A DNA stretch of 64,000 nt from an uncultured archaeon (GCA_964388035.1 CAYLZE010000004.1:1-64000), one strand, 5' to 3'. Positions 10,410 through 21,028 are shown, numbered from the stretch's first letter. Translations and numbers: made by a program. The notes: generated by a model from the sequence alone, not told the origin.

Positions 10410-10745
10410 TTAAGGTTGTTCTTCTTGTTGTTCATCTTTTCGCTTATCAAGAGCATTATCGAGTGAATATCCAATCCCATACAATTTCTTCCGCTCCGTT
10501 GTAATTTCTTTCTCTCCGCTTGGCCATTTAATATTAATTATCATGCCAAGGACGATTAACACGATCAAGAGAACAATATAAAGTGCTAAATTTCCGTAAG
10601 GTAATACGCTTGCTATAGCATTTAGAATTGTGGATAAAAAAGTGCCAAGTGGTAGTAAGAACGGAGAAAAAAATCGCACTATATCTCTAACGCCTTCTGC
10701 AAAGTTTTTTAAAAATTCTCCGTACAATAAAATGTAAAATATCAT
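10410..10745 (-). CDS. Small membrane protein
   Basis: Hydrophobic helices and charged tail; SD GAGGTGA upstream; last gene of a tightly spaced 3-gene operon. Confidence 0.7.
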   Translation of the reverse strand: MIFYILLYGEFLKNFAEGVRDIVRFFSPFLLPLGTFLSTILNAIASVLPYGNLALYIVLLIVLIVLGMIINIKWPSGEKEITTERKKLYGIGYSLDNALDKRKDEQQEEQP

Positions 10746-10771
10746 TTTGATTTTTCACCTCAGATTAATCT

Positions 10772-11233
10772 CTATTGCTTATAAAACGTGTAATTTAATA
10801 AATTTAATACATGAACGATTATCGAAAGAAAATAGATTCCCATAAAAAACATGAATAGGTTAGTGAGATCGACGGTAAATATGATGACATCCATGATAAC
10901 AATATTAATCAGCGTTACGTTTGATATAGCATAAATCCAAATGTAGAGACAATTAAAAAATACCAACACGACTTTAAAAGCACCCCTTCTAACTGATTTC
11001 TTTGGGGAAGAATGTGCCAAGAATGCCAAGCCACAAATAAGAAATCCAAGAGCAAAGATCCAAAAAGTAATTTGTTCATATTTCTCTTGTGTCAACCCTA
11101 AATATACATAATCTTGTACGCTCGATGTTAAACTATAAATGTACGTAAAAATAGTATAAGGAATAATAATCGTGCCGACTACATATAAACCAAGCCATAT
11201 AAATCCTTTAACCATATTTGTAGTTGCTCCCAT
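10772..11233 (-). CDS. Four-TM membrane protein
   Basis: Four hydrophobic segments; SD AGAGGT upstream. Confidence 0.75.
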   Translation of the reverse strand: MGATTNMVKGFIWLGLYVVGTIIIPYTIFTYIYSLTSSVQDYVYLGLTQEKYEQITFWIFALGFLICGLAFLAHSSPKKSVRRGAFKVVLVFFNCLYIWIYAISNVTLINIVIMDVIIFTVDLTNLFMFFMGIYFLSIIVHVLNLLNYTFYKQ

Positions 11234-11243
11234 AAAATTACCT

Positions 11244-11762
11244 CTAAAAGACTAATTGCGTTTGAATACTAATCCCTACAAAACTGAGGGAATAACGTCC
11301 TCCAACAAGTATATCCATTCGGAATTCGATTGGCCCAGGATTTCGAAAAGTTTGATGTAATATTTCAATGACGTTTTCTTGTAAAAAATCATTAGGTCCC
11401 ACCTTATATTCTGATTTCAATGTTTGTCCTGCCGATATATTTCCAAAGCTCTTATACTTACTAAAGATTAATTTAGCTTGATTGCCATAAATAGCAGTGA
11501 GATTGATATAGATATAGATATCTTGAATATTATAGAAACCTTTATTGGTAATTGAAAACGGAAGAGTAAAATGCAAATGGTTCCAGTCAAAAACATTAAA
11601 GTTGTAGGTAATATTACCGTCAGGCACCTTGATATTATCTTCGGGATCAGAAACGATTAAATACACGGAATAAATGCTAAAAGCTGAATGAAGGATTAAT
11701 AAAACACTAAGAAAGATAACAAATATTCTTGTTGCATGTTTCAAAATGCTAAAAATGTTCAT
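11244..11762 (-). CDS. Membrane-anchored protein with LEA-2/Ig-like beta domain
   Basis: N-terminal TM, then LPFSITNKGFYNIQDIYIYINL, a pattern typical of LEA_2-like folds. Confidence 0.65.
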   Translation of the reverse strand: MNIFSILKHATRIFVIFLSVLLILHSAFSIYSVYLIVSDPEDNIKVPDGNITYNFNVFDWNHLHFTLPFSITNKGFYNIQDIYIYINLTAIYGNQAKLIFSKYKSFGNISAGQTLKSEYKVGPNDFLQENVIEILHQTFRNPGPIEFRMDILVGGRYSLSFVGISIQTQLVF

Positions 11763-12098
11763 TGCTCGTTTTTCAACTTTTTTTTTAGATTTAGTAAATA
11801 ATATAATTATGCATTTAAATTTCTTTATGAAATTTTATATTTTGAACCTTAAAGATAGTCTTAAATTATAAAACCAAAGAATAAATACATGGAAAAATGA
11901 GAGGTTCCTCTCCGAGGTAATTAAGTATCTTTTTCTCAAATATAATAATTTAGAGAGTAATTACACCTAAAAGCAAAACTTAAAGACGAGAAACATGAAA
12001 AATTGCTTTTACATTATAATTTATTTTTAAATGGATTAAAAAATATCTGTTTCTGAGATGTGTATATGAATGCTATCTTATTTAAACAATATCTCTCA

Positions 12099-13136
12099 TT
12101 AAAAGGCGCTAATTTCCTTTTTCCGGGGTTTTACATTGAAATACTTTTTTTTCCGGCGTACCATTTCCACGAACGATTGGACTCTTGTTAATAGACCTGC
12201 CTCGCCGCTATGTTCATCCATTATGATTTCCAGAAAAGGTATTCCTACTACTTTCATATCTCGCATGATTAATTCTGATATGAGACTATCCGGACCACAA
12301 GCAAAACTGATTAAAAAGATGACCCCATCTATTTCTTTTTTTCCTTTAGTTAAGAAATAGCGTATGGCTTGCATTATTTCTTCTTCATGAGTCCAATAAT
12401 TCCTGAGCTTTTTATTTACTATAACAGGGACCTTAAAAATAGATGAGGGCAAGTTTTCTATGGTAATAGAATCGGCTCCCTCCTCTCTTAATTTTCGCTG
12501 GAAATTCAAATTAATGTAAGTGTCAAATAAATTATAAGAATGTCCTAATAGTAGAAATTTTAAATCCAATTCACTTTTCTTTTTAGGTACAGTAAAGGGG
12601 ATATTTCTTTCAGCAAGTATTAGAGCATGAAGTACGGGGGCTCCTGCCCTTAAAATGGCGTGGTATTCCTCGAAGTAATTTCTTGCGGTTTTATATGCTT
12701 CCAAGGCTTTAGTTTCACTTTTATTTAGCTCTTTAGCCAATTGAATAACGGATGAGATTATAGGAAATTCTTTCACATTCACTTCAAAATTCAATATTTT
12801 CGGAACATTTGGGAGAATTTTAATCACATCTGGTAAGGAGAGAAATTTTGGACAGAAATATGATTCTTTTACTTCGGAAACATACCGAGGAACAAAAAGG
12901 TAATCCAAATCGGGATGATCGTGGAGTAATCTCATGACATGGCCATAATAGAGCTTAACGGGAATGCATAATTCTCCAAATCCGTGTTGTACACCCTGTT
13001 CAACAATACTTTTATTTGTAGGGGGACTTAAAATTATCTCTGCTCCTAATTCCTCCAATAGTTTTTTCCAAAAAGGGAAATATCTATAAAAATGCAGCGC
13101 TCTTGGAATCCCTACTTTAGGTTTTGCGATAGACAT
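12099..13136 (-). CDS. DUF2229-type acyl-CoA dehydratase activase-related Fe-S subunit (PlsA reductase-domain-like)
   Basis: KVGIPRALHFY..PFW, ELCIPVKLYYGH, YFCPKF, LLGHSYN, SFACGPDS, DEHSGEAGLLTRVQSFVEM; probable start MSIAK at 13136. Confidence 0.88.
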   Translation of the reverse strand: MSIAKPKVGIPRALHFYRYFPFWKKLLEELGAEIILSPPTNKSIVEQGVQHGFGELCIPVKLYYGHVMRLLHDHPDLDYLFVPRYVSEVKESYFCPKFLSLPDVIKILPNVPKILNFEVNVKEFPIISSVIQLAKELNKSETKALEAYKTARNYFEEYHAILRAGAPVLHALILAERNIPFTVPKKKSELDLKFLLLGHSYNLFDTYINLNFQRKLREEGADSITIENLPSSIFKVPVIVNKKLRNYWTHEEEIMQAIRYFLTKGKKEIDGVIFLISFACGPDSLISELIMRDMKVVGIPFLEIIMDEHSGEAGLLTRVQSFVEMVRRKKKYFNVKPRKKEISAF

Positions 13137-13437
13137 GGTTGTATTTTTTATAATGTCCACTTTAGAGTTATCTAATAAATATCTTTTGTTTAGAAAATAC
13201 TTTACGATAAAATTGAATAATTATAACCACATTCACTTTCATTGGGACCATTAAAAGTATAAAAACTTTTTAATTCTAATAGAGCATTAAAAAAATTCAC
13301 ATATGTTTTATCATTTTTTTTATAATTTTCACAAGAAATAAATCCAAATAGCTTTTTCTCACGAATACTAGATTGCATCGAATTATATCTAAAAATTAGT
13401 AAAAAAAGTATAGAAAATGTAAATAAAAATCCTGATT

Positions 13438-15129
13438 TCAAGCTTCGGGTGTATCATACATGAGTAAGTTTTTTATTTGACTCATCATGGATTCCGTTAA
13501 TCGCTTTAACTCGTCATAATCCGGAACTTCAGTATATTTCAAATGTTCCGTGAATGCGGGACCCGCTTTCATGATGACACCTCTGCCAAAATTCAACATC
13601 TTTGCGTGTTTTGGATATACTTCCTCCGTACCCGTTATTCCAACTAAATAAATAGGAACTTGCGCCTCAATCGCCAGACGTACTGGTCCTGTATGCCCTT
13701 CTAATAATTCTCCTCCGCCAGAATTAGTCGTTCCTTCGGGATAAATAATTACCCATTTGTTATTTTTTAACAACTCCAGCGCATAATTATAAGAACCCAT
13801 ATCACTTTCTCCTCTCGTTAGCGGAAATGCCCAACACGATCGTACCCACGCGTTTACAATAGGAATTCTAAATAAGGACTCCTTGGATTGTTGATAGACT
13901 ACTTGTCCTCGTTGTTGAAAGGAAGTTGCTAAGATGATGACATCCCATTCGGAATTATGGTTGGAACATATAATGGCTCCCGAATCCTGTTGAATTGGAA
14001 TATATTTATCATAATCGACTCTTTTATAAGGACTCATTATATCACTAAAAGCATCCACGACATTCCCCGAAAGATGATAAACAAACTTTTGAAAATGTTC
14101 ATTAGCATCAAATACTTGCAATGCTCTAATTAAAGCGTACCAGGAATCATCCCATAACCATAGAAAATCATTTGTCAGTTTCTTTATTATTCCTTTTGGA
14201 CTTAATGAACTAGACTTTTTCTCTATTTCTTTAGGACTCCCGATTGATAATTCTTGAGCTTTTTTCTTGTCGGGTTCTGTGTTATAATCGAGCAAATCCT
14301 GAACTTGCTGACGCAAATCATTGCTTAAATTAATGAGATCCTGTGGCGAAACTGTATTGATATCATACTCATTGTAATACACCGGTTTTCCCACCCTCAC
14401 TTTCACGTTCGCGGGCTTCATGACCAATTTACCTTTAGGCAAGGCATTTTCAGAACCTATTACTGCCATTGGAACAATGGGACAGTGAGTTTCGATAGCT
14501 AATCGAACTGCTCCTGTTTTAAATTCCCCAAGAGATCCATCCTTCGAGCGGGTAGCTTCTGGAAATATGCCTACCCATTGACCGCCTTCTATAATCTCTT
14601 TGGCAATATCTAAAGCTTCTTGAACATCCTCCTTGTTTCCTCTCTCTCCTAATGAAAATGCACCCAAGTTTTTAAAGAGAGTACGCACTAAAGGAGTTTT
14701 AAAATTCTCATCTTTGCTCATCCATTGAATTCTTTGTTGCATGGCGCCGCCATAAAAGAAAGGATCTAAATGTGATTTGTGATTTCCAATGAGAATTCCC
14801 CCCCCATATTCTGGAAATAACGTTTTATAAACATTTTCCACTTTATAATTCCAGAGGGTCCTCATCGTGAACTTAACATAAATGTAAGCCGCCCACCATT
14901 GTAATTCTCCTTCTTCTTTACTCCAATGCATCTTTTCTACAAACCAGCGCCAGAGGTCATTTATTGGATCGATAGGATTATATTTTGAAATCTTATAGGT
15001 TAAAGATTGATGAGTTTTTGTGTAAATTAACTCTCCCTTTTCATCAACTTGGACGCCCTCGTATTTAGGTTTTACGATATCCATCGAATTTTCTTCATAC
15101 TCCTTCTCTTTTTGCTCAGAAAATTCCAT
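13438..15129 (-). CDS. plsC: Tandem two-domain PlsC-family (lysophospholipid/glycerol-phosphate) acyltransferase
   Basis: Domain 1 NHKSHLD...FPEATRS...FKTGAVRLA; domain 2 NHNSEWD...YPEGTT...HTGPVRLA; both keep the catalytic HxxxxD. Confidence 0.9.
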   Translation of the reverse strand: MEFSEQKEKEYEENSMDIVKPKYEGVQVDEKGELIYTKTHQSLTYKISKYNPIDPINDLWRWFVEKMHWSKEEGELQWWAAYIYVKFTMRTLWNYKVENVYKTLFPEYGGGILIGNHKSHLDPFFYGGAMQQRIQWMSKDENFKTPLVRTLFKNLGAFSLGERGNKEDVQEALDIAKEIIEGGQWVGIFPEATRSKDGSLGEFKTGAVRLAIETHCPIVPMAVIGSENALPKGKLVMKPANVKVRVGKPVYYNEYDINTVSPQDLINLSNDLRQQVQDLLDYNTEPDKKKAQELSIGSPKEIEKKSSSLSPKGIIKKLTNDFLWLWDDSWYALIRALQVFDANEHFQKFVYHLSGNVVDAFSDIMSPYKRVDYDKYIPIQQDSGAIICSNHNSEWDVIILATSFQQRGQVVYQQSKESLFRIPIVNAWVRSCWAFPLTRGESDMGSYNYALELLKNNKWVIIYPEGTTNSGGGELLEGHTGPVRLAIEAQVPIYLVGITGTEEVYPKHAKMLNFGRGVIMKAGPAFTEHLKYTEVPDYDELKRLTESMMSQIKNLLMYDTPEA

Positions 15130-15188
15130 TTTATCAACTCCTCGGTCTTGTTATTTTTTTTAATTAATTTTATTATTTTTTCTTAAAT

Positions 15189-15935
15189 TTAATTTCTTTT
15201 ATTATTAATTAGTTCTAATAACTCATGAAAAGAATGTATTAAAATATCTGGGTGATACTGAGCTAAAACCTCTTCATTGCTTACTCCACTTGCCAATCCA
15301 ATCGTCCAGAATCCTGCTTCTCTTCCAGCTTCGATATCAGATGGCATATCACCAATCATGACAAACTCTCGAGCTTGACACTTTTCATAAAGATCAAATA
15401 CCGGCTGAAATGCCTTTGGGCTGGGCTTTAATTCGACTAATTTATCCATTCCAAAGATTCCTTTAAAATACTTCTCCAATTCCTCTTTTTGCAAATGTTC
15501 CATAATCGATCTTGTCTGATTGTGAGAAACAATATAGAGATCATAATGCTTGGATAAATATTCCAGCATCTCTTTAGATCCCGGCAAAATAGAGGCATCT
15601 TTTGAATAATCTAAATATCGTGTAAATAATTTTATCGCAATTCTCAATTTTTTTAAAAAGGTCTGTTTTTCAAGGGATGAGATCCCCTTGAAAATGTCAT
15701 AAGATTGTAAAAGAATTTTAGGAATAGGATGTCCTTGAATGGATTCTAAAACAGTACCGATTTCTTGAATGGTTTGCTCCTTTTCCAGATGAAGATTATA
15801 ATATTCAAACACTTCTACAACGGAATCTTCAAGTGCCTTTTTGATATCGAGCAATGTGCCATCAAAATCAAAAATAATTCCACGTAATGACTTTTTCTTA
15901 AAGCTTTCGACCAGTTGTTCCTTACTCATCGTCAT
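15189..15935 (-). CDS. HAD-superfamily phosphatase
   Basis: IFDFDGTLLD (motif I), VSHN, KPSP, IGDMPSD (motif IV). Confidence 0.9.
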   Translation of the reverse strand: MTMSKEQLVESFKKKSLRGIIFDFDGTLLDIKKALEDSVVEVFEYYNLHLEKEQTIQEIGTVLESIQGHPIPKILLQSYDIFKGISSLEKQTFLKKLRIAIKLFTRYLDYSKDASILPGSKEMLEYLSKHYDLYIVSHNQTRSIMEHLQKEELEKYFKGIFGMDKLVELKPSPKAFQPVFDLYEKCQAREFVMIGDMPSDIEAGREAGFWTIGLASGVSNEEVLAQYHPDILIHSFHELLELINNKRN

Positions 15936-16453
15936 GATTTTTATAAAAGAATGTTAGTGTGTAAATTATAAATCCTTTAAATTTCTTTAAAGCTTTAACT
16001 GTTTTGCTGATGTAATAGTTTTATATAAATCACCTCTTATATAAAGATTATTGAAATATTAACGAATTTGATTAATATGATCTCAGAAGTTGATTTTCCT
16101 CCATTAACTATTAGGAAAGGAAGTTTAGATGTAAAGGTGCATCAAAAATTCAAAATACTTTATTAAATTTTTATATAAATCAGAATCTAATACTTTTTTT
16201 AGGAATCTATTAGTATTAAAAAAGGAAAGGCAATATCACTTAAAGGTATAATTTAAGGATTTTAAAAGCTACAATGTTGCATATACTTATAATCCATGAC
16301 CTAATGTAAAAGAAAGCATTTTCCAACATTTTTCGATAAAATGCCTTGCTATCCTTGCAATATTGTATTTAATATAAAATTCAAGGAAAAAGAGGAAACG
16401 TATTTAAAATATGAATGCGATGGATAATTAACCATTAATTTAAATGATCAAAA

Positions 16454-17803
16454 ATGAAGAGTGAAAATGGTCTTATTGAACGAAAGAAAAGTAAAACAAG
16501 TAAATTCATCATTTTTGCGACGCCCTTTTATTCTACATCTCTCTTAATGGGCTTTGCAGACATTTCCTTGGCTACACTATACATCTTGGCATATCAAGTG
16601 CCCCCATTTTTCGTAGGCATTGCTTTAGGTATGGGAAAAATCACTATTGCTTTTTCAGAATTTTTCTTTGGATGGTTAAGTGACTCGAAATATACGCGGT
16701 GGGGAAGAAGAAAACCATATATAATTATTTTAAGTCCCATTCTTGGACTATCCTTCATATTACTCTTGCTACCCAGCCTCATAATTGATATCAACAATAT
16801 TGGTGCTGTTTTTATTTGGTTATTGGTCACATATCAACTTTTTAACTTGAGTTATGGAATTTCATCGCCATTTAATGCCTGGATGGTGGAACAATTTAGC
16901 ATAGATGAGCGTCCAAAAGCAGCCCAGTTTCAAACAATCTTTGATCTTTTCGGAGTGGGAACCATGTCCGTATTTTCCCTAATTATAATGACAGGTTTTA
17001 TTGCTAAAATTAAGGAGACTCCAGGATATGTTCCTCCGGATTTTTCCTATTCTGTTCTTGTATTTGGCATAATTTCGGTAATAATTTTCTATCTTGCTGC
17101 TATTTTAATGCCAACGGAACCCCATTTTAAAATTGAATCAACCATGTTCCAGTATTTAAAAATAGTACTCAAAAATAAAAATTTTTTAATAGTTACTTTA
17201 ATGATAGGGATTGCAAGTTTGGCTTGGGTGCAAGTTTCTTCCTTAATATTATTGTTTATTGAGGTAGTCTTAACTTTCGAGTCTACAACATACATTATTG
17301 CCGCCGTGATTTTTCTTTCAGGAATAATCGCTTTTTTGAGCTTATGGAGGAAGTTAATAGAAAAGTTTGGAAAAAAGAGAAGTCTTATATATGATATAAT
17401 CGCCGCTATTCTGTTTCTCCCATTAACGTTATTTGCTTTAATCCCCATGCAGTCCACCGTTATTTACGGAATCCTGTTTATATTAGGAATTTCAGGAATT
17501 ATCTCAGGGTGGCAGATTTTTCAATATATCATGATTCCGGACATTTCTGAAGATGATGAAAAGAAAACGGGTGAACTGAAAGCAGGTACTTTCAAGGGCT
17601 TTCCAAGCATACCCTTGAACTTCTTTCAAGCCATAGGGTTGATCATAATGGGAAGTGTATTGGAATTGCCAAGTATTACCGTAGGTACTTCTGCCTTTTC
17701 TATTGGTTATATCTTATGGGGACCAGTATGTTCTCTAATATTAATTGTTGCCCTAATTTATACCAAAAAATATGTTAAAATAGATTTCGAATGGGAAAAA
17801 TAA
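16454..17803 (+). CDS. MFS sugar transporter, GPH/MelB-like (paralogue 1)
   Basis: GWLSDSKYTRWGRRKPY, about 12 TMs, PDISEDDEKKTG. Confidence 0.9.
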   Translation: MKSENGLIERKKSKTSKFIIFATPFYSTSLLMGFADISLATLYILAYQVPPFFVGIALGMGKITIAFSEFFFGWLSDSKYTRWGRRKPYIIILSPILGLSFILLLLPSLIIDINNIGAVFIWLLVTYQLFNLSYGISSPFNAWMVEQFSIDERPKAAQFQTIFDLFGVGTMSVFSLIIMTGFIAKIKETPGYVPPDFSYSVLVFGIISVIIFYLAAILMPTEPHFKIESTMFQYLKIVLKNKNFLIVTLMIGIASLAWVQVSSLILLFIEVVLTFESTTYIIAAVIFLSGIIAFLSLWRKLIEKFGKKRSLIYDIIAAILFLPLTLFALIPMQSTVIYGILFILGISGIISGWQIFQYIMIPDISEDDEKKTGELKAGTFKGFPSIPLNFFQAIGLIIMGSVLELPSITVGTSAFSIGYILWGPVCSLILIVALIYTKKYVKIDFEWEK

Positions 17804-17958
17804 ATGAATAATTTAATGAAAAATTATTACTAAATCTACTTTTTTTATAACTCCCTTTTTTTAATCATATCTAATGCGATTTTTATGTACATTGAATAAT
17901 TTAAAAAATTAAAAGAAATCATCTGTAATGAAATTTAAAAGGAGATTTCATGGTATTA

Positions 17959-17991
17959 AATAAGAATTGAAAAAGAATTGAATAAGAATTG
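17959..17991. repeat. Three tandem 11-bp repeats AA(T/A)AAGAATTG
   Basis: aataagaattg aaaaagaattg aataagaattg, intergenic, upstream of an MFS gene. Confidence 0.7.
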
Positions 17992-18211
17992 AATTTCTTA
18001 TATTTGAAATAATTAAATTATTATTGTGGATAAATGATGTTAAATAATTTCAATAAATTAATGGAGTCCTAATTTTTCTTATTAATTCCTGTAACATACC
18101 TCGCTTTATATCCATTTATTAAGATTATTGTCAAAGTAAAGGCTTTCCATAAAGTTTAACTTGCGTCCTCCATTTATATTCTCATCTATTGGGGTTTACT
18201 GTTAATACATT

Positions 18212-19405
18212 ATGAGAGGATTAAACTATAGAATCCTACCCATCTTTATTTTAGCTTTCCTACGGGTTTTTTTGGCGGTTTCCATAGGATTAGCCATTCC
18301 GCTTTATTATTCTTCCATTAATTTAAATCCGGAAATAATTGGACTTATCTTATCCGCCAATGCCCTGTCTTATTTATTTTCACCATTTCTTTTTAAAAAA
18401 ATCCCTGATAGAATTGGGCATAAACACTGTTTGATTATATCTGCAGGGGGATTTCTAATAATCTACTTGATCTTTCAGTTCTTGCTTACCCCATTTTGGA
18501 GTTTTTTATTATTATTTATCGATGGAATCTTACTGGCCTTCTTTTGGCCCGTGCTAGCGGGTGCATTATCCACTATCTCTAACTATGATGAAATCCACGA
18601 AAATGATTCCATCAAAAATAAACTTCTCAAAAATTATTCCTTTTCATGGAACGTTGGTGGTCTCTTTGCTTTTCTTTTTGGAACAATCTTATTGCTCATG
18701 ATTTCGGATTTACTTATCATATTTAATATAGCATTTTTCTTTGCCCTATCTTCTTTCATTATAGTATTCTTTTTTGAAGAACCGATGAAAAGAAAAGAAA
18801 CTCCTCTTGATAATACTGAAAGTTCTCATTTAAGCTCTAATTTTTCTATTAAGAAAGCAGAATTTCCCTTGTATATTCCTTTATTTTTAATTGTACTTTA
18901 TTCTCTATGCGTTGGCGCAATTGGATTAATTTTTCCTTTAAAATCCAATTTCTTAGAATATGCATTTTATACGACGTATCTTTTTTTTTTCCTAAGACTA
19001 GTAGCTCAAACACTTACGATCACCTTTTCAATATCACTCTCTTTAAAAACTCTCAAAAAATTCATTCCTTTCTTGGCGCTATCCGTTAGTACGTGCTTTT
19101 TTTTAATGGGAATCAATGAAAATTTAATCCTTTTTGGATTTCTGTTCATCCTGTTTGGAGTATCAATTTCTGTTTTTTATGGTTTTTCTTTTAAACTAAT
19201 CGTATATCTTAACACCACTAGAAACACCTCGAAATATAGCTTCTATTTTGAGACTATAGTGGGATTGGGTTTTTGGCTTGCTCCCATCATCAATGGATTT
19301 TTGGCGGCTATTAATATCAATCTCGCTTTTTTCTTCATGGCTTTTCTAATGTTAGGGGGATTAGGAGGATTTCTCATCTTAAGAAACAAGTTAAAAATAG
19401 TATAG
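18212..19405 (+). CDS. MFS transporter (paralogue of 25616-26854)
   Basis: About 12 TMs, motif-A-like KKIPDRIGHK. Confidence 0.85.
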   Translation: MRGLNYRILPIFILAFLRVFLAVSIGLAIPLYYSSINLNPEIIGLILSANALSYLFSPFLFKKIPDRIGHKHCLIISAGGFLIIYLIFQFLLTPFWSFLLLFIDGILLAFFWPVLAGALSTISNYDEIHENDSIKNKLLKNYSFSWNVGGLFAFLFGTILLLMISDLLIIFNIAFFFALSSFIIVFFFEEPMKRKETPLDNTESSHLSSNFSIKKAEFPLYIPLFLIVLYSLCVGAIGLIFPLKSNFLEYAFYTTYLFFFLRLVAQTLTITFSISLSLKTLKKFIPFLALSVSTCFFLMGINENLILFGFLFILFGVSISVFYGFSFKLIVYLNTTRNTSKYSFYFETIVGLGFWLAPIINGFLAAININLAFFFMAFLMLGGLGGFLILRNKLKIV

Positions 19406-19591
19406 CTGATTTTGTAGTTAACCAAAAATCTCGTAATTTAGACAATTATGAGAATATTCTTCCGTGAAATTTAGAAGAAAGGTTTTATCGCCCAATAAGG
19501 TAGTTAAGTTAAGAATTTTCCATGATAAAAAAGTAACTTCTTAAAAAAACGAAGATAAAGGAGAATTAAAGAAATATAAAAATGATATCAA

Positions 19592-20578
19592 ATGAAGGAT
19601 GAAAGTAATATTATTCAACGACCTGCGAGTAAACCCAGCAAATTTGCACTTTTTGGGATGGTGGAGCAATTTCGAGTAGAGGAGCTGCCAAAAGCCGCGC
19701 AATTTCAAACCATTTTTGATCTTTTTGGAATTGGGACAATGAGCGTGTTCTCCCTAATTGTAATGACAGGTTTTATTTCAAATCTTATGATAAATCCCGG
19801 ATATGTTCCTCCGGATTTTTTCTATTCAGTGATTGTATTTGGCATTGTGTCAATAGTAGTTTTCTATATAGTCAGTTTTCTAATGCCAACGGAACCCCAT
19901 TTTAAAATTGAATCGACCATATTCCAATATTTGAAAGTCGTGCTTAAAAACAAGAATTTCATATCCGTCACGCTAATGGTAGGCATTGCAAGCTTAGGTT
20001 AGGCTCAAGTCTCTTCCTTAATCCTGTTATTCATTGAGGTCGTTTTAGATTTCGAATCAACAACCTATATCATTGCCGCTGTTATTTTTCTTTCAGGGAT
20101 AATCGCTTTTTTAAGCCTGTGGAGAGTTTTAATAAAAAATTTCGGGAAAAAAAGAAGTCTTTTATATGATCTGATTGCCGCGATACTATTTTTGCCTTTG
20201 ACATTATTGGCGCTGATTCCCATGCAGTCTACCCTTATTTACGGAATCTTTTTTATTCTCGGAATTGCCGGAATATACTCGGGATGGCAAATTCTCCAGT
20301 ACATAATGATACCCGATATATCTGAAGATGATGAAAAGAGAACGGGCGAATTGAAAGCAGATACTTTTAGAGGCATTCCCAGCATTCCGTTAAACATTTT
20401 TCAAGCGTGGGGATTGATTATGATGGGAGCTATATTAGAACTTCCAAGTATTAGTGTAGGTCCATCTGCCTTTTCGATTGGATATATTTTATGGAGTCCA
20501 ATTTGTTCCGTGATACTAATCGTAACGCTTCTTTATGCCAGAAAATATATAAAATTAGATTTTGAATGGGAAGAATAA
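19592..20578 (+). pseudogene. GPH/MelB-like MFS pseudogene (paralogue 2)
   Basis: In-frame deletion of 121 codons relative to 21029-22381 (KFALFG|MVEQF) and TGG>TAG nonsense at 20000-20002; the frame continues to 20578. Confidence 0.9.
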
Positions 20579-20704
20579 GGTTATACTTCGATAAAATAAA
20601 TTTTCAATAACTCTCTTTTTTTTATTTTAAAGCTCCTAGAATTCTTACTTATCACCTTAAGATAAAGATCATATTTAATGACTAATAACACAAAAAAAAG
20701 TTGC

Positions 20705-20738
20705 AGTTTGATTACAAATAAAGAGTTGTAATCAAACT
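20705..20738. promoter_or_regulatory. Perfect 13-bp inverted repeat (hairpin/operator)
   Basis: agtttgattacaa-8nt-ttgtaatcaaact. Confidence 0.55.
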
Positions 20739-21028
20739 ATTTAATTTTTATTAACTCAAGAAGATGAAATTGATTCATTCTAATATTTCACCATAGAAAT
20801 CCAATAACACGTTTAAATATTAGTTCTTATTCCCCATATTTAAAAAAACCGAAGTTAAGCCATAATCACATAACTATTAATAATTATGAGAATATTCCTT
20901 CGTAAATAGTAAAAGAAAAATTCTATTTTTAAAAAATTATTTAAAGTAAGAAATTTCTATGATTAAAAAATAACTTCTTAAAAAAGCGAAAATAAAGGAG
21001 AATTAAACAAGTATAAAAATGATATCAA

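Noticed and set aside
13202-13441. 79-aa ORF between plsC and the DUF2229 gene
   Set aside because: Very AT-rich, F/K/N-biased translation of a terminator/promoter-like spacer; probably spurious, although it overlaps the plsC stop
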